DNA of 25,945 nucleotides from a virus (Duplodnaviria > Caudoviricetes): positions 1-25,945 of the IMG/VR virus record IMGVR_UViG_3300020044_006268; one strand, written 5' to 3'. Below the pieces are notes generated by a model that saw only the letters and a list, made by a program, of their open reading frames with translations, made no database searches and was not told the origin of the DNA. This document shows, piece after piece, positions 15,819-24,395 of this stretch. Every line of letters begins with the position of its first letter. Within the stretch, counting starts at the first letter, position 1. Both the position numbers and the translations under genes were made by a program.

Positions 15819-15979
15819 CGCGGTGGGGTTGGTTTCACATTCTCGAAAGCATTTCGGGCAATGACATAACAAAACACGAAGCGGTTTTAGCCCAACCGAT
15901 AACGGCTATTTTTACTCACCTCAGCTACATGAGGGACTACCAAAGCGAACAAATAAGAATAATGAAACAGCGCAAATGA
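15716..15979 (+). CDS. -1 frameshift extension of the chaperone (gpT-like)
   Basis: Open -1 frame from T TTT TTT (15716-15722) to TGA15979, containing WGW...E..S..DITK; ATGA overlap with the next gene. Confidence 0.7.
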   Translation, partial: FFFEFKRRVGEQFVGLFGQVDSDGGNDDYTPSGLARWGWFHILESISGNDITKHEAVLAQPITAIFTHLSYMRDYQSEQIRIMKQRK

Positions 15980-18948
15980 TTACACAAATAAGCTACAACG
16001 TATTAATCGAAAGGTTTCGAGCCTTCGCCTCGGGGCACTATCTTATTGAGGCGTTCACTCATGGGGAACTGTCGCAAACCGATTTAGAGAAGGACCAACG
16101 CTTTCCGTGGATGCACGTCTTCCCTGTGGAGGTTGAACCTCGTTCGGGCTCGCGCCTTTATACGTTTGTTGTTACGTTTGCCGATTTGCCAAGGGATAAG
16201 GAAACAGACGCCGAGTATCAGCGCGAAAGCCTCAGCGACTGCATTAAGTTAGCCGAGGACTTATTGGCTGAAATTCAAAACGGTTTAACGCTATTCGGGC
16301 CAACTGTGGAGCTCGAAGGGTCGGCGACTATTGAGCCGTTTATAAAAGAGTTTACCCACACGCTCACGGGCGTAAACCTCACGTTAACTATTTCGGTTCC
16401 GTGGAATTGGGACGCTTGCGACATACCCGCCGACTTTACGGTAGGGGGTTCGGGTTCGGGTGGCTCAGGTTCGGGCGGTGGCGGGATACTTCTCGAAACT
16501 AACGGGGTAGTAAACGGTGACCAAACTCTGTTAAACCTACAACAAGGAGAAAATATAACCATAATCGACAACGGTTTTGGAACTGTTACAATAAGCGGAA
16601 CGGGTACGGGTGCGGGCGGCACGGTTACAAGCGTGGCCCTCACGGCTCCAAATGCTTTCAGCGTTTCGGGGTCACCGATTACGGGAGCGGGTACTTTGGG
16701 GTTAAGTGCAATTGGTGACGCAACCGAATACATAGACGGCGAAGGCAATCTACAAACTTTCCCAACTATCCCCGCGGCTCAAGTGCCATCCGATTGGGCG
16801 GCTACTACGGGAGTGACTCGCATTTTAAATAAGCCAACCATACCGACCACGCTCGACAGCTTAACGGATGTAAACGCACCAACCCCAAGTAACGGCCAAG
16901 TATTAACTTGGAACGGGACGGCCTGGGTTAATAACACCCCTGCAACGGGTGGAACGGTTACCTCGGTGGCTCTCACAGTACCAACCGCCTTTAGTGTAAC
17001 AGGTTCGCCGATTACTACAGCGGGCACGTTGGCTATTTCAGCCGTTGGAACTATTTCGCAATATATTCGAGGAAACGGAACGCTCGCGACCTTCCCGACA
17101 ATACCCGCCGCACAAATTCAATCGGATTGGGCGCAAACAAATAACGCCGCGCTCGATTACATTAAGAACAAACCAACCATTCCCGCCGCTCAAGTGAATA
17201 GTGATTGGTCGGCTGTTAGTGGAGTGGCTCAGATTCTTAATAAACCTACAATCCCGACTACACTCGACAGCCTAACCAACGTTAACGCGCCGTCGCCTTC
17301 TAACGCTCAGGTGTTGCAATACGATACGGCTTCGAGCCAATGGATAGCGGCCACGCCTTCAACAGGTGGAACCGTTACCTCGGTTGCGCTTACGATGCCT
17401 TCGGCCTTTACGGTTGGCGGCTCACCTGTTACCACGGCTGGAACTTTAGCCGTAACGGGTGCGGGTACTACGAGCCAATATGTTAGAGGCGACGGAACCT
17501 TAGCAAACTTCCCGAGCACGGGCGGCGGTGGCGGTCAAATCTTTTATTTTAATGGTAATGCAAGCCAGGGCACTATTAGCGGCAACGCCTTTTTTCAATT
17601 GGGCACGGCGGCTAACACGGGCCCCGCGGCTAACTTTACTCGCGCCACTACGGGCGTTATTGCGCGGTTTATTACGGATGCCAATTCTCCAAATCATTTG
17701 ATAATCCCCGCGGGCGTTTGGACTATTGATGTTTATTTGAGTGAAACGGGGGGAGGCTCAAACCACGCCCAAATAATAGCCGTTTTAAAAGTTTATAACG
17801 GTTTGGCGTTTACTACTATCGCGAGCTCACCACTCGAGGAAATAACGAACGGCAACGTTCCCGACCTTTACACGTTTACTATTTCGGTTCCCAATACGGT
17901 AACAGCCGCAACCGACCGCGTAGTTATCGAGTTCGATATTCAGAACACGAACGGAAAAACGGTAACGCTCTATACTGAAAATAACAAAATCGGCGAGGTA
18001 CATTCTACCTATGCAATTGGGCTCAGTTCTTTGAACGGGTTAACAGCCAATACCCAAACGTTTGCAACGGGTACTACAGGAACCGATTTTGGTATTAGTT
18101 CGGCGGGTTCGGTTCACACGTTCAACCTACCCACGGCCTCGGCTTCAAATCGAGGCGCACTCTCGAGCGCTGATTGGTCTACGTTCAACGGAAAGTTAAC
18201 GGGTAACACGGCTATAACGGGGGCAACGAAAACAAAAGTAACTTATGATAGTAAAGGACTTGTAACCGCGGGCGCTGATTTGGCCGCCTCCGATATGCCA
18301 ACAGGAATCGACGCGGCTAATATCGGTTCGGGTACTGTAAGCAATACCGAGTTCGGTTATTTAGATGGGGTGACCTCAGCGCTTCAAACACAAATTAACG
18401 CTAAGCAAAATTCGATTGGCTTAACTACTGTCGGAACTAATCTCGCCACGCTACCAAACCCGAGCGCGGTTAGATTTCTGAAAATTAACGCCGACAATAC
18501 GGTTACCGCTCGAACAGCCGCCGAAATGGTTACCGACTTGGGTATTACTTCGGGATTTTTAACGCTCTTATACCAATCTCAAAATGCTACAAACATTCCC
18601 GCAAGTTCAACTTATTTCGGTTGCTTATTTGGCGGGGCGCTTTCGATAGTGAGTGCCGACACTTTACGCCGTACACCTATCGCAACGGGTGGCGCATTAA
18701 CTAAGTTATATGTGCAAACCTCAACCGCTCAGCCTGCGACTGGTTCCCTCGTTTGCACGGTTCGAAAAAATAGCGTCGACCAATCGTTAACCCTAACTAT
18801 CGCGGCGGGTTCGGCGGCGGGTGTGTTTACTGATTTAGTAAACTCGGTTACCGTTGCGGCGGGCGACCTTTTGGGTATGAAATTTCAAAATAACGCCACA
18901 GGCGTAAGTGCTAACGTATTGTCTAACCAAGTCCAACTCAGCGCATGA
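15976..18948 (+). CDS. Tail completion/terminator-like domain fused to a long fibre-like region
   Basis: About 155-aa acidic globular N-terminus, a GGSGSGGSGSGGGG linker, then G/T/S/A-rich repeats and beta-rich domains. Confidence 0.65.
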   Translation: MITQISYNVLIERFRAFASGHYLIEAFTHGELSQTDLEKDQRFPWMHVFPVEVEPRSGSRLYTFVVTFADLPRDKETDAEYQRESLSDCIKLAEDLLAEIQNGLTLFGPTVELEGSATIEPFIKEFTHTLTGVNLTLTISVPWNWDACDIPADFTVGGSGSGGSGSGGGGILLETNGVVNGDQTLLNLQQGENITIIDNGFGTVTISGTGTGAGGTVTSVALTAPNAFSVSGSPITGAGTLGLSAIGDATEYIDGEGNLQTFPTIPAAQVPSDWAATTGVTRILNKPTIPTTLDSLTDVNAPTPSNGQVLTWNGTAWVNNTPATGGTVTSVALTVPTAFSVTGSPITTAGTLAISAVGTISQYIRGNGTLATFPTIPAAQIQSDWAQTNNAALDYIKNKPTIPAAQVNSDWSAVSGVAQILNKPTIPTTLDSLTNVNAPSPSNAQVLQYDTASSQWIAATPSTGGTVTSVALTMPSAFTVGGSPVTTAGTLAVTGAGTTSQYVRGDGTLANFPSTGGGGGQIFYFNGNASQGTISGNAFFQLGTAANTGPAANFTRATTGVIARFITDANSPNHLIIPAGVWTIDVYLSETGGGSNHAQIIAVLKVYNGLAFTTIASSPLEEITNGNVPDLYTFTISVPNTVTAATDRVVIEFDIQNTNGKTVTLYTENNKIGEVHSTYAIGLSSLNGLTANTQTFATGTTGTDFGISSAGSVHTFNLPTASASNRGALSSADWSTFNGKLTGNTAITGATKTKVTYDSKGLVTAGADLAASDMPTGIDAANIGSGTVSNTEFGYLDGVTSALQTQINAKQNSIGLTTVGTNLATLPNPSAVRFLKINADNTVTARTAAEMVTDLGITSGFLTLLYQSQNATNIPASSTYFGCLFGGALSIVSADTLRRTPIATGGALTKLYVQTSTAQPATGSLVCTVRKNSVDQSLTLTIAAGSAAGVFTDLVNSVTVAAGDLLGMKFQNNATGVSANVLSNQVQLSA
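16615..17514 (+). repeat. Modular protein-level repeats in the fibre
   Basis: GGTVTSVALT.P.AF.V.GSP module at 16615, 16948 and 17365; three TIPAAQ..SDW...I.NKP units; two TIPTTLDSLT.VNAP.PSN.QVL units. Confidence 0.9.
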
Positions 18949-19205
18949 ACTACACAATAGACGCAAATAATTTTATAGTCAATAATAACGGGCAAATAAT
19001 CGTTTTTAAAATGGGCTCGGATTATGTCGAGCCAACCGAAAACGAGGACGGTTCGTTGACGTGGCCAACGGTAGACGATGCCGCCCAGGCAAACCGAAAT
19101 AGAGTGAGTGAGGCGCTCATTGACCCAACTAAGGCGGCTCGATTTGCTCAGTTATTAATTGCCAACCCATCGACGGCCTACACTATTTTTTTAACTGAGA
19201 TATAA
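18945..19205 (+). CDS. Small protein, possible fibre chaperone
   Basis: 86 aa, coupled to the fibre stop (ATGA) and to the next start (TAATG). Confidence 0.55.
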   Translation: MNYTIDANNFIVNNNGQIIVFKMGSDYVEPTENEDGSLTWPTVDDAAQANRNRVSEALIDPTKAARFAQLLIANPSTAYTIFLTEI

Positions 19206-19723
19206 TGGCGCAACTTTCAGAATACAAAGAGGCGTTAGATGAATTTGGCGCTCGGGTTATTGCTCGGGCTCAGGCTAATCTAAGAAAAAAGCGAACCATT
19301 CGGGGCCGCTCGGTTAATCGCGTGTATAAAGGGACGCTCCAAAAAGAGTTAACCTTTGGTTACTTCAAACGCGGGGCTAATATATTACAATGGTTCGGGG
19401 TTAAGCCTAACTCACCCGTGAGAGATTACGCCGACGTAATCGAAAAGGGAAGGCGACCAAATGAAAACCCGACAACGTGGCCACCTCGCGCACCGATTAG
19501 CGCGTGGATGCGGTATAAAAAGTTATTCGCGCCAAACGTTAGCGAGTACATACAAGTTTCGAGAATGGTTGAAAGCATCGGTCGAAAAGGAATTGTAGGT
19601 ATTAACTACATGCGCGACGCTTTCCAAGACGAAAGCCGAAAGAGCGGTAAAGAGTTCCGTGCTATGTATCAAAAAAACATCGTTAAACAGGTCCGTTTGA
19701 AGGCCGATAAATATATTAAATAG
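19205..19723 (+). CDS. Basic neck/tail-completion protein (HK97 gp10-like)
   Basis: G.L...L, YA..IE.GRRP, PP...I..W and I.RKGI motifs. Confidence 0.65.
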   Translation: MAQLSEYKEALDEFGARVIARAQANLRKKRTIRGRSVNRVYKGTLQKELTFGYFKRGANILQWFGVKPNSPVRDYADVIEKGRRPNENPTTWPPRAPISAWMRYKKLFAPNVSEYIQVSRMVESIGRKGIVGINYMRDAFQDESRKSGKEFRAMYQKNIVKQVRLKADKYIK

Positions 19724-21004
19724 ATGGCGATTACAATAACAGGCCAACCCTATCAATGGACGCCTCGAGGACAAAAACTTATTTATGCTTTGACGTCTAC
19801 CAACTCGGGCAATACGGGTTTTAAATTTGGCATTGAGGTTAACGACGTGTCGACGGGTAAAACCTATAACTTTTTTTTGGACCCTTCGCCCGACGGCGCG
19901 GCCTATTTCGATTTAAACCCGCTCGTTAATCTACTCAACAAAGAGAACACGGCAATACACGCGACAACGGCGGACCAACACACGGAGCCCGAAGGTAGTT
20001 CGTGGAAAAGCTACGGCCTCACTTTTACGGAGTGGTGGATTACTGGCGGCGTATTAACCGAAAACGACGGCGTGAGCGCGGACGCGACTACAGCCGTTTA
20101 TAACGGCTATCTGCAACCCATCGAAGGTTATCGCCCTAATGTATTTTCGAGCTCAAACAAGGAGGTTAAAATAGCAAATAACGCTAATAGTGATTATATG
20201 CAAAGCGACCGCCGTTATGATACATTTACTTTTTCAATGGCTCAAAGCTTAGGCATAACGCCGAGCTCGAATACTGTTTTTATCCCGTGTTTGCCTACGG
20301 ATTGGGGGTTGTTATTTGTAACAGGTTCGGACCAATACTGCACACCTACGACGGCCGATAGTTACCGCGTGGCGGTATTCGGTTCGGGGAGTGGTGCGGC
20401 GTTTATAAATTTCACGGCCGAGCCTCAAGTTGGAATCCCTGCCTACCCTCAAAATATAATTAACTCGACTAACGGATTTATGCCCGACCCCGTGGCATTA
20501 GGTTGGAACTATTACACTATCGAAGCCTATAACGGCGCGTCTATAGTTTCAAAAACTTACTATTTCATTAACGCCGAAAAGTTCGCACAGTTCGACTGTC
20601 GTTATGATAACGTTCGCCTCGCTTGGGTGAACTCGCGTGGCGGTTGGGATTACTACAACTTTATAAAAAAGAACGAGGTAACCAACCAAATAGACCGAAA
20701 GCAATTTAAACGAGTTTTATTCAACGGAACCTCTTCGATTTTTAGCCGCTACGACCGCCAATTATACGACCGTTCTAACGTGGTAACGCGAACTCTCAGT
20801 ATTACGAGTGATTGGGTACAGGAAGAGGAGTTCATTTTTCTACGTTCGCTCATGGTTTCGAACCAAGTACACATCGTAAACGCCGACGGTACTCATGTAC
20901 CCGTTAGCATGGACGAAAATAATTTTTTAGAACGCAAAGAGCGAAATAACAAACTTTATAACGTGGCTCTGAAAGTGAGTTACTCTCAAGATTATAACAC
21001 CTAA
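19724..21004 (+). CDS. Tail tip structural protein (distal-tail-like)
   Basis: Beta-rich; C-terminal LAWVNSRGGWDYYNF and L..S..V motifs; position in the tail module. Confidence 0.6.
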   Translation: MAITITGQPYQWTPRGQKLIYALTSTNSGNTGFKFGIEVNDVSTGKTYNFFLDPSPDGAAYFDLNPLVNLLNKENTAIHATTADQHTEPEGSSWKSYGLTFTEWWITGGVLTENDGVSADATTAVYNGYLQPIEGYRPNVFSSSNKEVKIANNANSDYMQSDRRYDTFTFSMAQSLGITPSSNTVFIPCLPTDWGLLFVTGSDQYCTPTTADSYRVAVFGSGSGAAFINFTAEPQVGIPAYPQNIINSTNGFMPDPVALGWNYYTIEAYNGASIVSKTYYFINAEKFAQFDCRYDNVRLAWVNSRGGWDYYNFIKKNEVTNQIDRKQFKRVLFNGTSSIFSRYDRQLYDRSNVVTRTLSITSDWVQEEEFIFLRSLMVSNQVHIVNADGTHVPVSMDENNFLERKERNNKLYNVALKVSYSQDYNT

Positions 21005-24000
21005 TGAAAAGAGAAACTCAGTTAATAGTAAAACGCGGCGGAAATATAAACGTTTTAAGCCAAAGCGACGCTCCAACATTGGGCGCTGTTGGTTCGCTTC
21101 GAATTATTGTGCCCGCTTTCCCTAATCAAAATTCGATTGTATTAACTTCGGTAACGTTAATTAACGCGGCGGGTGAAACAAATACGCGATTTTGTAATAG
21201 TATTCAAGCCGATACACCAACGCCAGGATTTACCCGTGTAAATTTTAGCACCGCATTCACTTTCGATTTTCGCGTTTCTCGTGGAGGCTATTTCGTTTGG
21301 GGCGATGAAAAAGATTATTATATTGACCTTTACGAGGAGGAGTCGATTAGCCAAAATTTCAACTTTCAGGATGTCGGAACCTTCGCGCCTCAGGGGGATT
21401 TTTCCCGCGAGTTTAGGGTTCCCGCCTCAGATAGAAATTTGGAGGTTTTCGGGTTACTTGACTCTTTTACGTTTAGCGACGTGGCCGAGGTTTATAGTAA
21501 AAAGATACCCGCCGAGATTCGAGTAGATACGTTGCCCATTATAAGGGGACACTTGAGGGTTTTAAAAACCTTTCAACGTAACGGGGCAATCGGTGACATT
21601 CAACTGTGTTTTTATGGCGAAGCTCCCGACTTATTTCGCTCGATAGGAGATAAATTGTTGAAAGACATTGAGTATTTACCAAACCTCGACACAATAATAG
21701 AATACGCCAACGTTACAACTGTGGGAACGGAATTAGCGTGGGGATTGGTAGACCGTGGGCAAAGGTGGGATAATACGGGAAGCGCGGGGAGTCGCCCTCT
21801 ATTCAATAGCGAACTCCCGTTATACGCGGCCGATTTCACGCCCTTTGTGAATGCGTGGACTATCTTTCTAAACATTATAACCGACGCGGGTTTTACGCTT
21901 ACTCCGACGCCACTTGAAACCATTCTTTCGGGGTATTGGTGCCCGTGGGTTAATACTAAAAACGTAATTGTTAACGAGGTTGTCGGGGATTTCTATTTTA
22001 ACGCGGGTTTAGCGACTAATACAAACGTAAGTAATGACACGGTTTTTACATTACCTGAATTCGTAGACAACGGAGGCAATTACTCGGGGGCTTTCTTTGA
22101 GGCTCCCGTAGAAGGTTTTTACTCGTTCCGATTTTGGGCAAACGTTCAGCCCGTGGGCGGGTTCGGTGCAAATACGGGGGGGGTTAAGTTTTATAAGTTC
22201 ACGGGTGGAACTCCAACAGCAGGCCAAATAGTTGTTAATTTCGAGGTGGCCGTTTCAGGAAGCGACCAAAACAATGGAATCCCTCAAAGAGTTTTATTTA
22301 CTACTGAGCCTCTTTATATGCTTGCGGGCGAACGCATGCAACCATATAACGAATTTAACGGCGTTCCTTTATTTTACGGCTCCGCCACTAACAACCCTCT
22401 CGAGGGGACAGGTTGGGAATTGTTTAGCTATTTCAGAAATTGGGGGGATACGTTTAACGCTTCGGCTAATTCGCCCAATGTTAAACAAGTCGATTTTGTG
22501 CGAGATATTTTGCAAATGCACGCGGCCGTAATTATACCCTCGCGCTCGGTTCCAAACGAGGTTACCGTTATTCCTATTATTGATTACATAGGAGCGGGCG
22601 ACGTTTTGAACTGGACCCAAAAGCTCGATATTTCTAAAGATATTACGCTCAGTCCTACGACCGAAATACAGCGCCGAAACTTTTATTTTACTTATAAAAA
22701 TGGGGGCGACGTTTCGAGTAAACTTTTTACCGATAACGGGCGAACCTATGGCGAGTATAAACTACTAAACGGGTACACAGTAAACAGTAACACCCCGCCA
22801 AACGAATTCGCCTCGGGGGATTTCAACATTAAGCTCACAGCCGAGAGCACGCCCGCCGCTTATGTGAACGGTACGAATATACCGATACCAAAATTTCTAA
22901 ATGATAAAAGCGAATTCGTAGCGCCGAACTTAAGGTTTTTATTTTTGGCTGACATATCGCGAATCCGTATGTATGACGATGGCACGGCAACAGTTCAAAA
23001 TATAGACGCAAACATTTTTAACCATTATTCAAGCGTTAACGCGAGCGTCGCCGATTACGACTTAAATTTTAACCCCGAAACGCCGTTGCACTCAATTACA
23101 ACGAACCCGTATAGGAATCTATTTAACGAGTATTGGCGCGACTATTTGAACGGGTTGTATAACCCCGAAACGCGAATTTTAGAGGCTTACTTTGCTCTCG
23201 ATTTACCCGACATTTTAACCTTTAAATACAGCGACCGCGTCTTTATTAAAGATACTTATTGGCGCATTCTCGAAATTTCAGACTACAAAATAGGGTTATA
23301 CGAATCGACAAAGGTTAAACTAATGAAACTCGTTAACCCCGCTCCCGACTGCGAGTTAGTACCTACCTCGGTAGCCACTACGGGCGGAGGAGTTCAGGTT
23401 ATTGAGTTCACGGACTACGCGGGCGACCCGCAACCTGCTACGTCGACCTGTTGCGTTCGTTACGGCTACCAATGGGAACCCATTTTAGGCCAATGTTTAG
23501 CCTTTGGAACTCCGATAGAAACCGACCCTAACGGCGGCGGCTCAGCCTCGGCAATGATGATGAACCCAGGACCGCAAGGAACCGTTAAAAATGCTATCGG
23601 TAAAACCACAAACACCGATATAAGCGTCGATAATACGTTTAGCGTTTTCATGGGCGAAAATATCAGCATAGAAAAGGGCAACCAAAACACGTTAGCGGTG
23701 GGCGAGCGGTTGAAAATGGAGGGCGCAAACAGGGCGAGCACGTTGTTAGGCCGTAACGCCTACGCAAACATTTCGGGGATTCACTACGGAGCGGGCGACC
23801 GCACACTCTCGCAGGATTTAGGAGCGAGCCAAACAGGTGTAACGGTGTTTACGAATGGCTTCGCGTTTAGCGCTTCGGGTCAAACGTTAGAACTATTCCC
23901 ACCGAATGACGTAGCAACGCGTTTGTCGATACCCGATAAAACTACGTGGGTATGCTTTTACATTTTACACGCGAGCGACGTTAGCGGCTTTTACATTTAC

Positions 24001-24222
24001 GAAACGGGCTCGGTTTATTTGGAAAAAATAGGCGGGGTTACAAGCGCGAGCACGCCCGTAATTATTAGCGCCGACGATTCGGGCTCGGCTGTTACGCTTA
24101 CCTTTACAATCGACACGGCAACCGATACGAGCCAACACCGCTTTAAAATAACTTCGGGCGGTTCTGGTTTCCCTCAAGACGTGAACTGTAATTTAACCCT
24201 CTATTATACCCAAATTCGATGA
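21004..24222 (+). CDS. Tail tip / baseplate hub-like large protein
   Basis: 1072 aa; IDLY..ESI, FSREFRVPAS..N, W..KLD, NLFN.YW..Y...LY and D.VFIKD.YWRI motifs; Cys-containing linker and C-terminal beta domain. Confidence 0.65.
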   Translation: MKRETQLIVKRGGNINVLSQSDAPTLGAVGSLRIIVPAFPNQNSIVLTSVTLINAAGETNTRFCNSIQADTPTPGFTRVNFSTAFTFDFRVSRGGYFVWGDEKDYYIDLYEEESISQNFNFQDVGTFAPQGDFSREFRVPASDRNLEVFGLLDSFTFSDVAEVYSKKIPAEIRVDTLPIIRGHLRVLKTFQRNGAIGDIQLCFYGEAPDLFRSIGDKLLKDIEYLPNLDTIIEYANVTTVGTELAWGLVDRGQRWDNTGSAGSRPLFNSELPLYAADFTPFVNAWTIFLNIITDAGFTLTPTPLETILSGYWCPWVNTKNVIVNEVVGDFYFNAGLATNTNVSNDTVFTLPEFVDNGGNYSGAFFEAPVEGFYSFRFWANVQPVGGFGANTGGVKFYKFTGGTPTAGQIVVNFEVAVSGSDQNNGIPQRVLFTTEPLYMLAGERMQPYNEFNGVPLFYGSATNNPLEGTGWELFSYFRNWGDTFNASANSPNVKQVDFVRDILQMHAAVIIPSRSVPNEVTVIPIIDYIGAGDVLNWTQKLDISKDITLSPTTEIQRRNFYFTYKNGGDVSSKLFTDNGRTYGEYKLLNGYTVNSNTPPNEFASGDFNIKLTAESTPAAYVNGTNIPIPKFLNDKSEFVAPNLRFLFLADISRIRMYDDGTATVQNIDANIFNHYSSVNASVADYDLNFNPETPLHSITTNPYRNLFNEYWRDYLNGLYNPETRILEAYFALDLPDILTFKYSDRVFIKDTYWRILEISDYKIGLYESTKVKLMKLVNPAPDCELVPTSVATTGGGVQVIEFTDYAGDPQPATSTCCVRYGYQWEPILGQCLAFGTPIETDPNGGGSASAMMMNPGPQGTVKNAIGKTTNTDISVDNTFSVFMGENISIEKGNQNTLAVGERLKMEGANRASTLLGRNAYANISGIHYGAGDRTLSQDLGASQTGVTVFTNGFAFSASGQTLELFPPNDVATRLSIPDKTTWVCFYILHASDVSGFYIYETGSVYLEKIGGVTSASTPVIISADDSGSAVTLTFTIDTATDTSQHRFKITSGGSGFPQDVNCNLTLYYTQIR

Positions 24223-24395
24223 AAGAAAATGTAATAAGCCCCGCTCTGCAAATGCTAAAAATAGGCATTAAATCAAAGACGCCAAATAAAGAGCTAACGC
24301 GTAAAAAACTCTATGTATTCCGTTTTATAAAGTACGGGTGCGCCGTTATTTGGTGGGGCTTCCTCGTTTACCTCTTATTTAAATACTTCAATTAA
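24219..24395 (+). CDS. Small basic membrane protein (58 aa)
   Basis: Not in the track. ATGA and TAATG overlaps on either side; C-terminal TM segment GCAVIWWGFLVYLLF. Confidence 0.65.
   Translation: MKENVISPALQMLKIGIKSKTPNKELTRKKLYVFRFIKYGCAVIWWGFLVYLLFKYFN

Noticed and set aside
16615-17514. Repeats as a possible DGR template/variable pair or CRISPR array
   Set aside because: Differences are mostly at synonymous positions rather than adenine-specific, no reverse transcriptase is present in the window, and there is no repeat-spacer structure.
16275-17697. Minus-strand ORFs within the fibre gene
   Set aside because: Antisense shadows of G/T/A-rich codons, with no independent motifs or start signals.
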